Shown here in pieces: positions 11,234 through 23,395 of a stretch of 32,000 bases of DNA. A program made the position numbers and the translations under genes. Source of the stretch: Mycobacterium tuberculosis H37Rv (GTDB taxonomy: Bacteria; Actinomycetota; Actinomycetes; Mycobacteriales; Mycobacteriaceae); contig NC_000962.3 in assembly GCF_000195955.2 (NCBI RefSeq), positions 1,290,001 to 1,322,000 on the forward strand. Reading direction: 5' to 3'. Numbering within the stretch: position 1 is the stretch's first letter; each line of letters opens with the position of its first letter. The notes under the pieces were generated by a model, which was not told where the DNA came from, did not search any database, and worked only from the letters and a program-made list of their open reading frames with translations.

Positions 11234-11247
11234 ACGGAAGGAACCCC

Positions 11248-11355
11248 ATGGACCCCGACCTGGACCCTAACCTGCAGCATTGGCAGGACCGACTCGACAG
11301 CCTGCAGTGGGTCATCGGGTCGATACTCTCTCAGATCGACAGCGTGCCAACCTGA
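11248..11355 (+). CDS. Candidate small protein, 35 aa (MDPDLDPNLQHWQDRLDSLQWVIGSILSQIDSVPT)
   Basis: ATG with a GGAAGGAA Shine-Dalgarno at 11236-11243. Short ORF below the track length threshold; overlaps the annotated-style start of the next gene in another frame. Confidence 0.45.
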   Translation: MDPDLDPNLQHWQDRLDSLQWVIGSILSQIDSVPT

Positions 11356-11747
11356 CCACCGGCGCGACAGATCGAGCAATCCGTTTGGTTGTCCTGGCCC
11401 TGTTGACTGTCGACGGGGTCGTGTCTGCGCTTGCCGGGGCTCTGCTGATGCCCTGGTATATCGGCTCGGCTCCGTTTCCGATCAGTGCCTTGATCAGTGG
11501 ATTGGTCAATGCTGCGCTGGTGTGGGCCGCAGCGCGATGGACCACATCGTCGCGGGTGGCCGCGCTGCCCCTGTGGGCGTGGCTACTGACGGTAGCGGCG
11601 ATGAGCTTCGGCGGCCCTGGCGACGATGTCATTCTGGGTGGCCAGGGCCTGCTGGTCTACGGCGCGCTGGTGTTCGTCGTGGCAGGGGCCGTGCCACCGG
11701 CGTGGGTGCTGTGGCGGCGCAGGGTCCAAGCTGACGGATCTGGCTAG
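11307..11747 (+). CDS. Conserved hypothetical membrane protein, about 146 aa (start uncertain; track ORF from 11280)
   Basis: Several hydrophobic segments: IRLVVLALLTVDGVVSALAGALLM, PISALISGLVNAALVWAAARW, LLVYGALVFVVAGAV. Confidence 0.75.
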   Translation: MGHRVDTLSDRQRANLTTGATDRAIRLVVLALLTVDGVVSALAGALLMPWYIGSAPFPISALISGLVNAALVWAAARWTTSSRVAALPLWAWLLTVAAMSFGGPGDDVILGGQGLLVYGALVFVVAGAVPPAWVLWRRRVQADGSG

Positions 11748-11754
11748 TCCGAAG

Positions 11755-12681
11755 TTAGGGCAAAGACGGGAATCCCGGCGGGCTGATTGGCGGCAACGGC
11801 GGCAGGAAGCCGCGTATCCAGTTGATCTCGGTGTTGATGAATTGGTTGATCGATGCCGCGGTGGCCGTTTCGATATTGGTTAGTGCCTGGCTGAAAGTGA
11901 CTGTCCCGTCCACGAAGTCGATCGCATTGAACAGGACTGCCTGCACGATGGGCTCGCCGAGGTAATAGAAGAAGTTGATCTGCGGTGCCAGTATGCCGAT
12001 GTAGGGCAGCCATCCCACCGCCCATGCGGTGAGGTTGAAGCCGTACTGCACCCACGGTTCGACGGCGTTGTAGAGATTCTTGATTGCGTTGCCGATCGAC
12101 TCGGCGGCCAGAGCCGGCAGCGCCGCGGCGGCGGCCGCTCCGGCGCGCGGCAGCAGGGCGCCGACGGCGGACAAACCGCTGGCCCCACCGGTGGGTTGGA
12201 GCTGCAGTGCACCGCTGGCAGCGGCATTTGCAGCGGCGCTACCGCCAAGTGCACTGGAGCCGCCAGTGCCGAGGAACATGCTTTGGACCCGGCTCAGCGC
12301 GTTCGAGCCCCCACCCGTCGAGGCGTCGGCGCTAATCAGTGGATGCCCCAGCAACGCTCTTGCGGGCGCATTCACGGCGTTCACCATGGTCTGCGCGGCG
12401 CTGGCCTCGGCGGTTGCATACGCGTCTGCACTTGCTCTCAGCGCCTGCACGAACTGGTCGTGGAAGGCTGTCATCATCTGCCGGCTGAGCTGCTGATACC
12501 CCTGAGCATGCGCGGAAAGCAGCGCGGCGACCTGAGTCGAGACCTCGTCCGCGGCTGCGGCCAGGACTCCGGTGGTGGGAACCGCCGCAACCACATTGGC
12601 GGCGTTAAGAGTCGAACCGATACCGGCCATGTCCGCAGCGGCCGCCGCCAGTGCCTCTGGCGCCGCGAACACAAACGACAT
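11755..12681 (-). CDS. PE12: PE family protein, 308 aa
   Basis: MSFVFAAPEALAAAAADMAGIGSTLNAANVVAAVPTTGVLAAAADEVS is a canonical PE domain. Confidence 0.95.
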   Translation of the reverse strand: MSFVFAAPEALAAAAADMAGIGSTLNAANVVAAVPTTGVLAAAADEVSTQVAALLSAHAQGYQQLSRQMMTAFHDQFVQALRASADAYATAEASAAQTMVNAVNAPARALLGHPLISADASTGGGSNALSRVQSMFLGTGGSSALGGSAAANAAASGALQLQPTGGASGLSAVGALLPRAGAAAAAALPALAAESIGNAIKNLYNAVEPWVQYGFNLTAWAVGWLPYIGILAPQINFFYYLGEPIVQAVLFNAIDFVDGTVTFSQALTNIETATAASINQFINTEINWIRGFLPPLPPISPPGFPSLP

Positions 12682-12930
12682 CTCGTACCTTCTCCTGGTT
12701 CACCACGCGGCGGCTGTCGCCGGGGGCTTGTTCAGACGCTGGCCTCTCACGGATGGTATCGCGATCGGCTGTGACCTGCGCCTTACTCCACCAAACCGTT
12801 GGTGCCGGACGGTCGACGGCGTGCCGAGCTCGGCCTGGCGCTACTGTTGCGCTTATGGCGCCAAGGTTGGCCAGCATCTCACCTGGTGGGGCGTGCGGAT
12901 GATATCAGATTGCAGGGAAGGTATACCAAC

Positions 12931-15501
12931 GTGCCGCAGCCTGTAGGTCGGAAGTCCACCGCTCTGCCGAGTCCCGTTGTACCGCCCCAGGCAAATGCCT
13001 CAGCGTTGCGGCGGGTACTGCGACGGGCCCGAGATGGTGTCACGCTGAACGTGGATGAGGCGGCCATAGCGATGACCGCACGCGGTGACGAGCTGGCCGA
13101 CCTGTGCGCGAGCGCCGCGCGGGTGCGCGATGCGGGTCTCGTGTCGGCCGGCCGGCACGGGCCCAGCGGCAGGTTGGCGATCAGCTATTCGCGCAAGGTG
13201 TTTATCCCGGTCACCCGGTTATGCCGGGACAATTGCCACTATTGCACGTTCGTCACCGTGCCGGGCAAGCTACGCGCCCAAGGTTCCAGCACGTATATGG
13301 AACCCGACGAGATCCTCGACGTTGCCCGCCGAGGTGCCGAATTCGGTTGCAAGGAAGCGCTATTCACTCTCGGTGACCGTCCGGAGGCGCGTTGGCGCCA
13401 GGCACGCGAATGGCTCGGCGAACGGGGCTATGACTCCACGTTGTCCTACGTGCGCGCGATGGCAATCCGTGTGCTGGAGCAAACCGGGCTGTTGCCGCAC
13501 CTGAACCCGGGTGTGATGAGCTGGTCGGAGATGTCGCGGCTCAAACCGGTGGCGCCGTCGATGGGCATGATGCTGGAGACGACCTCGCGACGGCTGTTCG
13601 AAACCAAGGGGCTCGCCCACTACGGCAGCCCTGACAAAGACCCGGCGGTGCGGCTGCGTGTCCTGACCGACGCCGGCCGGTTGTCCATTCCGTTTACCAC
13701 CGGTCTGTTGGTCGGCATCGGCGAGACGCTATCCGAGCGCGCCGATACGTTACATGCGATTCGCAAGTCGCACAAGGAGTTCGGGCATATCCAAGAAGTG
13801 ATCGTGCAGAACTTCCGCGCCAAGGAACACACCGCGATGGCCGCCTTCCCCGATGCCGGAATCGAGGATTACCTGGCGACGGTTGCGGTGGCGCGGCTGG
13901 TGCTGGGCCCGGGCATGCGCATCCAGGCGCCGCCGAACCTGGTGTCTGGCGACGAATGCCGGGCGCTGGTTGGCGCCGGGGTCGACGACTGGGGCGGTGT
14001 CTCACCGTTGACGCCCGACCATGTCAACCCCGAACGGCCCTGGCCCGCTTTGGACGAGCTGGCGGCGGTCACCGCCGAAGCCGGCTACGACATGGTGCAG
14101 CGGCTGACCGCGCAACCCAAATACGTACAGGCGGGCGCGGCGTGGATCGACCCGCGGGTGCGGGGACATGTGGTGGCGCTGGCGGATCCGGCGACCGGCC
14201 TGGCCCGCGACGTCAACCCGGTGGGCATGCCGTGGCAGGAGCCCGACGACGTGGCGTCCTGGGGCCGGGTCGATCTGGGCGCAGCGATCGACACTCAGGG
14301 CCGCAATACCGCAGTGCGCAGCGACCTGGCCAGCGCCTTCGGTGACTGGGAATCGATCCGCGAGCAGGTGCACGAGCTGGCGGTCCGCGCTCCGGAACGC
14401 ATTGACACCGATGTGCTTGCCGCCCTGCGATCGGCGGAGCGTGCGCCCGCCGGCTGCACCGACGGCGAGTATCTGGCGCTTGCCACCGCCGACGGTCCTG
14501 CGCTGGAAGCCGTTGCCGCACTGGCTGATTCGTTGCGCCGCGATGTCGTCGGCGACGAGGTGACCTTTGTGGTCAACCGTAACATCAACTTCACCAACAT
14601 CTGCTACACCGGTTGCCGGTTCTGCGCGTTCGCCCAGCGAAAGGGTGACGCCGACGCCTACTCGCTGTCGGTCGGAGAGGTCGCCGACCGGGCATGGGAG
14701 GCCCACGTCGCCGGGGCCACCGAAGTATGCATGCAGGGCGGTATCGATCCCGAGCTACCGGTCACCGGCTACGCCGATCTGGTTCGTGCCGTCAAGGCGC
14801 GGGTGCCCTCCATGCATGTGCACGCGTTTTCCCCGATGGAGATCGCCAACGGCGTCACCAAGAGCGGGCTGAGCATTCGCGAGTGGCTGATCGGCCTGCG
14901 CGAGGCCGGGCTGGATACCATCCCGGGTACCGCCGCGGAAATCCTGGACGACGAGGTTCGCTGGGTGCTGACCAAGGGCAAGCTGCCGACGTCATTGTGG
15001 ATCGAAATCGTGACGACCGCCCACGAGGTGGGTCTGCGGTCATCATCGACGATGATGTACGGGCATGTGGACAGTCCACGGCACTGGGTCGCCCATCTTA
15101 ACGTGCTGCGCGATATTCAGGACCGTACCGGCGGCTTCACCGAGTTCGTCCCGTTGCCGTTCGTGCACCAGAATTCACCGTTGTACCTGGCCGGTGCGGC
15201 GCGCCCCGGGCCCAGCCATCGCGACAACCGCGCGGTACATGCTTTGGCGCGGATCATGTTGCACGGCCGCATCTCGCACATTCAGACCAGCTGGGTGAAA
15301 CTTGGAGTGCGGCGCACCCAGGTGATGCTCGAAGGTGGCGCCAACGACCTGGGCGGCACGCTGATGGAGGAGACCATCTCGCGGATGGCCGGTTCCGAAC
15401 ACGGATCGGCCAAGACCGTCGCTGAGCTGGTCGCGATCGCCGAAGGCATCGGCCGCCCGGCGCGCCAGCGCACTACCACATACGCCCTGCTTGCGGCCTA
15501 G
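12931..15501 (+). CDS. fbiC: F420 biosynthesis protein FbiC (F0 synthase, dual radical SAM), 856 aa, GTG start
   Basis: Two radical-SAM CxxxCxxC motifs (CRDNCHYC and CYTGCRFC) in one polypeptide, equivalent to fused CofG and CofH. Confidence 0.97.
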   Translation: MPQPVGRKSTALPSPVVPPQANASALRRVLRRARDGVTLNVDEAAIAMTARGDELADLCASAARVRDAGLVSAGRHGPSGRLAISYSRKVFIPVTRLCRDNCHYCTFVTVPGKLRAQGSSTYMEPDEILDVARRGAEFGCKEALFTLGDRPEARWRQAREWLGERGYDSTLSYVRAMAIRVLEQTGLLPHLNPGVMSWSEMSRLKPVAPSMGMMLETTSRRLFETKGLAHYGSPDKDPAVRLRVLTDAGRLSIPFTTGLLVGIGETLSERADTLHAIRKSHKEFGHIQEVIVQNFRAKEHTAMAAFPDAGIEDYLATVAVARLVLGPGMRIQAPPNLVSGDECRALVGAGVDDWGGVSPLTPDHVNPERPWPALDELAAVTAEAGYDMVQRLTAQPKYVQAGAAWIDPRVRGHVVALADPATGLARDVNPVGMPWQEPDDVASWGRVDLGAAIDTQGRNTAVRSDLASAFGDWESIREQVHELAVRAPERIDTDVLAALRSAERAPAGCTDGEYLALATADGPALEAVAALADSLRRDVVGDEVTFVVNRNINFTNICYTGCRFCAFAQRKGDADAYSLSVGEVADRAWEAHVAGATEVCMQGGIDPELPVTGYADLVRAVKARVPSMHVHAFSPMEIANGVTKSGLSIREWLIGLREAGLDTIPGTAAEILDDEVRWVLTKGKLPTSLWIEIVTTAHEVGLRSSSTMMYGHVDSPRHWVAHLNVLRDIQDRTGGFTEFVPLPFVHQNSPLYLAGAARPGPSHRDNRAVHALARIMLHGRISHIQTSWVKLGVRRTQVMLEGGANDLGGTLMEETISRMAGSEHGSAKTVAELVAIAEGIGRPARQRTTTYALLAA

Positions 15502-15661
15502 CCCCGGCGACGATGCCGGGTCGCGGGATGCGGCCCGTTGAGGAGCGGGGCAATCTGGCCTAGCCCCGGCGACGATGCCGGGTCGCGGGATGCGGCCCGT
15601 TGAGGAGCGGGGCAATCTGGCCTAGCCCCGGCGACGATGCCGGGTCGCGGGATGGGGCCCG
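15499..15661. repeat. 62-bp direct tandem repeat, about 2.6 copies
   Basis: TAGCCCCGGCGACGATGCCGGGTCGCGGGATGCGGCCCGTTGAGGAGCGGGGCAATCTGGCC begins at 15499 and repeats identically at 15561. A partial third copy starts at 15623, with one C-to-G change. Confidence 0.95.
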
Positions 15662-15668
15662 CATGGGC

Positions 15669-16001
15669 TTAATAGTTGTTGCAGGAGCCGGCAACCGACT
15701 CGACAAGGCCGATGTACTGTGCCGCCCCCGGCACAGCTTGCAATTGCGCGGCCATGGCAGCGCGCTGAGGTGGCGGTGCGGCGAGGAAATTGCGCAAATA
15801 GGACTGCGCCACCGGTGAGGCGTTGAACTGTGCGGCAGCCCCCGGATCCGTCGCGTTGAGCGCAGCTACTACCTGCCCGTAATTGCAGGTGGTGTTAATG
15901 ACCGCGTCCACGGGATCTGCGGAGGCGACCCCGGCCCCGACGGTCAACGACATTGCCACGGCGCCTACACCGGCGCTCAATGCGGTCAACGACAGCCTCA
16001 T
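15669..16001 (-). CDS. TB8.4: Small secreted T-cell antigen, 110 aa with signal peptide
   Basis: MRLSLTALSAGVGAVAMSLTVGAGVASADPVD... signal peptide with a two-cysteine mature domain; recognised as TB8.4. Confidence 0.92.
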   Translation of the reverse strand: MRLSLTALSAGVGAVAMSLTVGAGVASADPVDAVINTTCNYGQVVAALNATDPGAAAQFNASPVAQSYLRNFLAAPPPQRAAMAAQLQAVPGAAQYIGLVESVAGSCNNY

Positions 16002-16201
16002 TTATGGACACCTTCCCCAAACTATTGCACCGTCGTTAAGACGGCGACGACATCTGCCCAGCGGTTGCCGTCTGCGGTCGAGGGTACCAGGCGCCGTGGG
16101 CTTGCTTCTCTCAAACTGGTTATCGGGCGACACTGCGCGGCCATACCAATCTGCAGGTCAGCAGCGATGAAACAACGTTGTTTACAGCCCGAGAAATGAG
16201 T

Positions 16202-18792
<2,591 letters not shown>

Positions 18793-19004
18793 CCGGGCAG
18801 CATAGACGGCAAGCCGGATTGCTATGCAACTAGGTGCATATTGACCGTGTACGCCGACGCATGTGCCAAGTGGTCGACGTGTATGTGCAACGTCTAGTAT
18901 CAGTAACCGAACGCATTGCCTCAGCAGGGCCCGGAGGAAGCCTTGGCGAGGTGGACAGCAGCCCACACATAGCGGTATCTGGAAGACATGTTGAGGAGAC
19001 GTCC

Positions 19005-19331
19005 GTGACGTACACGATCGCCGAACCCTGTGTCGACATCAAGGACAAGGCATGCATTGAGGAGTGCCCGGTCGATTGCATCTACGAGGGCGCCCGGATG
19101 CTGTATATCCACCCCGACGAATGCGTCGACTGTGGGGCTTGCGAGCCGGTCTGCCCCGTTGAAGCTATCTTCTACGAAGACGATGTGCCCGAACAGTGGA
19201 GCCATTACACCCAGATCAACGCCGATTTCTTCGCCGAGCTGGGATCGCCGGGCGGTGCGGCCAAGGTTGGCATGACCGAGAACGACCCGCAAGCGGTCAA
19301 GGATCTGGCGCCGCAGAGCGAGGACGCCTGA
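19005..19331 (+). CDS. fdxC: 7Fe-type ferredoxin, about 108 aa, GTG start
   Basis: EPCVDIKDKACIEECPVDCIYEG and CVDCGACEPVCPVEAI; preceded by a GAGGAGAC Shine-Dalgarno-like sequence. Confidence 0.93.
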   Translation: MTYTIAEPCVDIKDKACIEECPVDCIYEGARMLYIHPDECVDCGACEPVCPVEAIFYEDDVPEQWSHYTQINADFFAELGSPGGAAKVGMTENDPQAVKDLAPQSEDA

Positions 19332-19363
19332 GCCGGCTGGGGGCAGCACCCGCTCGCGGCGGA

Positions 19364-20452
19364 GTGTCGGCGTCTCTGCCCGTCTTCCCCTGGGACACCT
19401 TGGCCGACGCGAAAGCGCTGGCCGGGGCCCATCCGGATGGCATCGTCGACCTCTCCGTCGGCACTCCGGTCGACCCGGTCGCACCGCTGATCCAGGAGGC
19501 GCTGGCGGCGGCCAGTGCCGCCCCTGGCTATCCGGCGACCGCCGGCACCGCACGGTTACGTGAGTCTGTGGTGGCAGCGCTGGCTCGCCGCTACGGCATC
19601 ACCAGGCTGACCGAGGCGGCCGTGTTGCCGGTTATCGGCACCAAGGAACTCATCGCCTGGTTGCCGACGTTGTTGGGCCTGGGCGGTGCGGATCTGGTCG
19701 TCGTGCCCGAATTGGCATATCCGACTTATGACGTCGGCGCCCGCCTGGCCGGAACGCGGGTGCTGCGTGCGGATGCGCTGACCCAGCTGGGTCCGCAATC
19801 CCCGGCACTGCTCTACCTGAACTCGCCGAGCAACCCGACCGGACGGGTGCTGGGTGTCGACCATTTGCGCAAGGTGGTCGAGTGGGCCCGGGGCAGAGGC
19901 GTTCTCGTGGTTTCCGACGAGTGCTACCTGGGATTGGGCTGGGACGCCGAACCGGTTTCGGTGCTACATCCCTCGGTGTGCGACGGCGACCACACCGGGT
20001 TGCTGGCTGTGCACTCACTATCGAAGAGCTCATCGCTCGCCGGCTACCGAGCGGGTTTCGTCGTCGGTGACCTCGAGATCGTTGCCGAGCTACTAGCGGT
20101 GCGCAAACACGCCGGGATGATGGTGCCGGCGCCGGTACAGGCGGCTATGGTGGCCGCGCTGGACGACGACGCGCACGAAAGGCAACAGCGGGAGCGCTAC
20201 GCACAACGGCGTGCCGCGCTGTTGCCGGCGCTGGGCTCCGCGGGTTTTGCGGTCGACTATTCGGACGCCGGATTGTATCTATGGGCCACTCGCGGCGAGC
20301 CGTGCCGCGACAGTGCCGCGTGGCTGGCGCAGCGGGGCATCCTGGTGGCACCGGGTGATTTCTACGGCCCGGGTGGGGCTCAGCACGTGCGGGTGGCGCT
20401 GACGGCCACCGACGAGCGGGTTGCGGCGGCGGTCGGACGGCTCACCTGTTAG
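19364..20452 (+). CDS. PLP-dependent class I/II aminotransferase, about 362 aa, GTG start
   Basis: LNSPSNPTGRVL, SDECYLGLGW and HSLSKSSSLAGYRAGF (PLP lysine motif). Similar in type to succinyldiaminopimelate aminotransferases, but substrate is not determinable here. Confidence 0.9.
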   Translation: MSASLPVFPWDTLADAKALAGAHPDGIVDLSVGTPVDPVAPLIQEALAAASAAPGYPATAGTARLRESVVAALARRYGITRLTEAAVLPVIGTKELIAWLPTLLGLGGADLVVVPELAYPTYDVGARLAGTRVLRADALTQLGPQSPALLYLNSPSNPTGRVLGVDHLRKVVEWARGRGVLVVSDECYLGLGWDAEPVSVLHPSVCDGDHTGLLAVHSLSKSSSLAGYRAGFVVGDLEIVAELLAVRKHAGMMVPAPVQAAMVAALDDDAHERQQRERYAQRRAALLPALGSAGFAVDYSDAGLYLWATRGEPCRDSAAWLAQRGILVAPGDFYGPGGAQHVRVALTATDERVAAAVGRLTC

Positions 20453-20479
20453 CGCGAACAGACGCAACTTGCGGCCGGG

Positions 20480-23299
20480 TCACCGCCAGGTCGTGCGCAG
20501 CTGGGTTGTCACCGAGAGCGGGTTATCGCCGCGGAACAGATCGAGGATGGCTTGCCCTTGTGGGGAGTCTGCTGGCAGTTGTCGGGGTGGGCCGATGTGC
20601 TTTCGCCATGCCTGTGCCAGATGTTGCCGCCGATCCTTGTTTCGTGCGAACCAGCGGGGCACGGCGTGCCAGGCAACCGTGCCGGGCAGCGATAGCCCGA
20701 CGACGGCACGAACCGCGAACAGCCTCCGGGCAACGGGCCGGGCGGGCGGCGTGAGGATCTTGCGTCCGATGAGGTAGCGCGGTTCGGCAAGCGGCGCCAG
20801 TAGCTCGTCGAGGGCCGCGGTGAACCGCAGGGACTGCTCGGTGGGCACGCCGTCGAGTTGACACCGGATCCAGCCTTCGGGGTCGGAGGCCAACCGTAGT
20901 GCCGCGGATCCTCGCTGTGCGCCGCCCGCGGCGTACAGCGCATCCGCGACGACGGCGGCCAGTTGCTCGAGCGCGTTGGGCGCGTGGTCCAGGCGGCGGC
21001 TTTCGGCCGCCGCAGCGGTTGCCACCAGGCCAACACCCGCCGCGACGATGGCGCCGGCCGTGCCGGCACCCGCCAGCATGCCGAGATTGGCGGAGGCAAC
21101 TGCGGTGGCGGTGCTGGCGCCGACCACGGAAACGGCGGCCACGGCACCCCTTGCCAGGCGGACCGGACTGAACTGTCCCGGCACCGGTGGGGTCAATGCC
21201 GAGGCGGGGATGCGGGGTGCGGCGACCCCGAGCGGCTGGCGGGAGCGCACGCGGATGGTTGCGACGTCGACTCCTTCGTAGGGCTCGCCGATTCGCCACC
21301 AGGATCTCGCCTGGGCGCGTTCGGCGACGCGCTGCAGCGCTCGCGCCGTGATGGCGTGGGTATCGGTGACCGGAGGACCGTACGGCGACAGCGACGGATC
21401 GCAGTGCGTCACACCCGATTCGATGAGCCCCTGCGGGGTTGCCGCGTAGTACCCGTCATGTTTGCGCACCAGGCGCAGGTAGTCGGCATCACCGCGCGGG
21501 TGTTCTGTGGCGATACAGCAGACCGACCAGTTGTCCGCCACCTTGTGACCGTCCGAGGGGTCGTTGCGGATGGCGCGGCCGCGCATCTGAGTGATCGCTG
21601 CCTGGGTGGTTGCGCTCGTCAGGTCGATATTGACGTTGACCGCCGCGCAGTCCCACCCTTCACCTAGTAGCGAACGGGTGCCGACCAGGACGCGGGCGCG
21701 GCCGGCCAGGAAGTATTCGGTAGCCAGCGCGACCCACGTACGTGGCGTGAAGCCGCCGGTGCCGCGCATGACCCGCAGACTAGGGTGGGCGTCAAGCGGC
21801 TCGGCGGTGACGAGCGCGCCGCGCTCGGCGCAGAAGGCGATCAGGTCATCTTCGATCGCGGCCGGGCAGGCGAAGGTTTGACCTGTTACCAGAAGGGCGT
21901 GCAGTGGGGTGCGGCGGCGGTGATCCGACGCGGCGAGCATGGCGGCAACCAGCTGGGCCGAACCCGACTGCTCGCTGACGGGTGCGCCCTTCAGCGATGT
22001 GGGAAGGGCGCCGGTCATCGATTCGAAATCGCAGAGCACCAGCGCCCGCAACCGCGCCCCCAAGACGGCGTCCTCGGTGTCGAGGATGTGCGCGGTCGCG
22101 GCGATCTTGGATTCGGACAGCGCGCACAGTCTGTCTACTGGCGAGGTCGCGACGCGTACGCCGCGACTGGTCAGCCGGTAGCCCAGGCCGGGTAGCACCC
22201 GCTTGATCGCGGTCAGCGCGTGCGCGTCGCGCGGATCCGCGCTTTGTTGCAGGTGCCCGACGCTGAAGTCGGTCAATACGTTAACCCAGTCCTGGGCATC
22301 GGGCGCAATTCGGTGCTGCTCGCGCAGGCGCACGCCGTCGGGTAGTGGAATCAGGCCGTCGTAGGCGAAGCGCAGGCCGCTGCACGCGAGGTCGGGTTCG
22401 GCACGCTCGAACGTCGACCAGGCGATCTGATTGCCCTCGCGCGTCGCTCGATCCACGATCCGGGTGTGCAGCCACGCGGCCAACGACATGCTGCCCACCT
22501 TTTGGTCGATGAGGGCCAGCATGAGGTCGGCGAAGCGCGCCCGGTGGGTGCCGATCCAGGCCTGCTCTTCGGGCGTCGGTTGGGTCAGATAGACCAACTC
22601 TTGGTAGGGAGCCAGGTCGCCTTCCCTAACCAGAGCGGGTGTCGGGATCACGAAGTCGGCGGTGCCGAACAGCTCATCATGCAGGGTGTGCTGCCACGCG
22701 GTGAGCTCTGTGGCCGGGGTCGCCGTTAGACCGATCAGCGCGGTCTGCGCTCCGAGGACCGACGCCAACGCACTGACCAGGGCGCCCCACGTAGCTAGCA
22801 GATGGTGGCACTCATCGAGCACCAGCGTCCACGGGCCTAGCGTCGCCGCCCGCTCGATCACCGCCCTCCCGTTGGGGTGCAGGAGATCCAGCAACGCTTG
22901 CTGGTCGCGGTTGCGCAGGACTTCCCGCCGGACTGTCGAATCGGTTTCGGCGTCGATGACGGCAAGCGACTGATACGTCAGGACGTTCATCGCCGAGGCA
23001 AGGCCACGCTCGGTTCCACACTTCGATGCCGACCGGTCCGACGACGGAAAACTGTTATCCCACGCGGCGGCCCACTGCGCCTGCACCGCCGTGTTGGGAA
23101 CCAACACCAAACTCCGGCGCCCCAGCCGGCGCGCTGCTTCCAGGCCGATCATCGTCTTGCCCGCACCCGGCGGCAGCACCAGATAGGCACGGTTGTCGCC
23201 GGCAGCGACGTCGGCGTCGAACGCGTCCAACGCTTGCTGTTGGTATACCCGCCAGTTGCCGGCAAAGGCCCGCGATTCCAGGTCGCGGTGAGGATCCAC
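20480..23299 (-). CDS. Superfamily 2 helicase-like protein with C-terminal hydrophobic segment, 939 aa
   Basis: Walker A LPPGAGKTMIGLEAARRL, DEAH-like DECHHLL, TPATE, and C-terminal helicase motif QMRGRAIRNDP. TGA lies two codons upstream of GTG 23299, which fixes the start. Confidence 0.85.
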   Translation of the reverse strand: MDPHRDLESRAFAGNWRVYQQQALDAFDADVAAGDNRAYLVLPPGAGKTMIGLEAARRLGRRSLVLVPNTAVQAQWAAAWDNSFPSSDRSASKCGTERGLASAMNVLTYQSLAVIDAETDSTVRREVLRNRDQQALLDLLHPNGRAVIERAATLGPWTLVLDECHHLLATWGALVSALASVLGAQTALIGLTATPATELTAWQHTLHDELFGTADFVIPTPALVREGDLAPYQELVYLTQPTPEEQAWIGTHRARFADLMLALIDQKVGSMSLAAWLHTRIVDRATREGNQIAWSTFERAEPDLACSGLRFAYDGLIPLPDGVRLREQHRIAPDAQDWVNVLTDFSVGHLQQSADPRDAHALTAIKRVLPGLGYRLTSRGVRVATSPVDRLCALSESKIAATAHILDTEDAVLGARLRALVLCDFESMTGALPTSLKGAPVSEQSGSAQLVAAMLAASDHRRRTPLHALLVTGQTFACPAAIEDDLIAFCAERGALVTAEPLDAHPSLRVMRGTGGFTPRTWVALATEYFLAGRARVLVGTRSLLGEGWDCAAVNVNIDLTSATTQAAITQMRGRAIRNDPSDGHKVADNWSVCCIATEHPRGDADYLRLVRKHDGYYAATPQGLIESGVTHCDPSLSPYGPPVTDTHAITARALQRVAERAQARSWWRIGEPYEGVDVATIRVRSRQPLGVAAPRIPASALTPPVPGQFSPVRLARGAVAAVSVVGASTATAVASANLGMLAGAGTAGAIVAAGVGLVATAAAAESRRLDHAPNALEQLAAVVADALYAAGGAQRGSAALRLASDPEGWIRCQLDGVPTEQSLRFTAALDELLAPLAEPRYLIGRKILTPPARPVARRLFAVRAVVGLSLPGTVAWHAVPRWFARNKDRRQHLAQAWRKHIGPPRQLPADSPQGQAILDLFRGDNPLSVTTQLRTTWR

Positions 23300-23330
23300 A
23301 AGGATTCACCCTAGCCAAGCACCCACGTTG

Positions 23331-23395
23331 GGCGCGAAAGACGCAAAAGGCCCCGAATCCAACGGATTTCGGGGCCTTTTGCGTCTGCTCGCGCC
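23331..23395. repeat. Long inverted repeat (hairpin) in a divergent intergenic region
   Basis: Inner arms AGACGCAAAAGGCCCCGAATCC (23339-23360) and GGATTTCGGGGCCTTTTGCGTCT (23364-23386), one bulged base, AAC loop. Outer arms GGCGCGA (23331-23337) and TCGCGCC (23389-23395). Confidence 0.92.

Noticed and set aside
14002-14706. 234-aa minus-strand ORF opposite fbiC
   Set aside because: Shadow ORF of the dual radical-SAM gene, with no supporting motifs.
18793-18966. N-terminal extension of the PadR-like regulator (track ORF of 247 aa)
   Set aside because: The extra 58 residues (MGCCPPRQGFLRALL...) do not resemble a PadR N-terminus; MALPHAILVSLCE fits the family start.
20963-21667. 234-aa plus-strand ORF opposite the helicase gene
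   Set aside because: Compositionally biased mirror of the helicase coding strand, with no credible start context.
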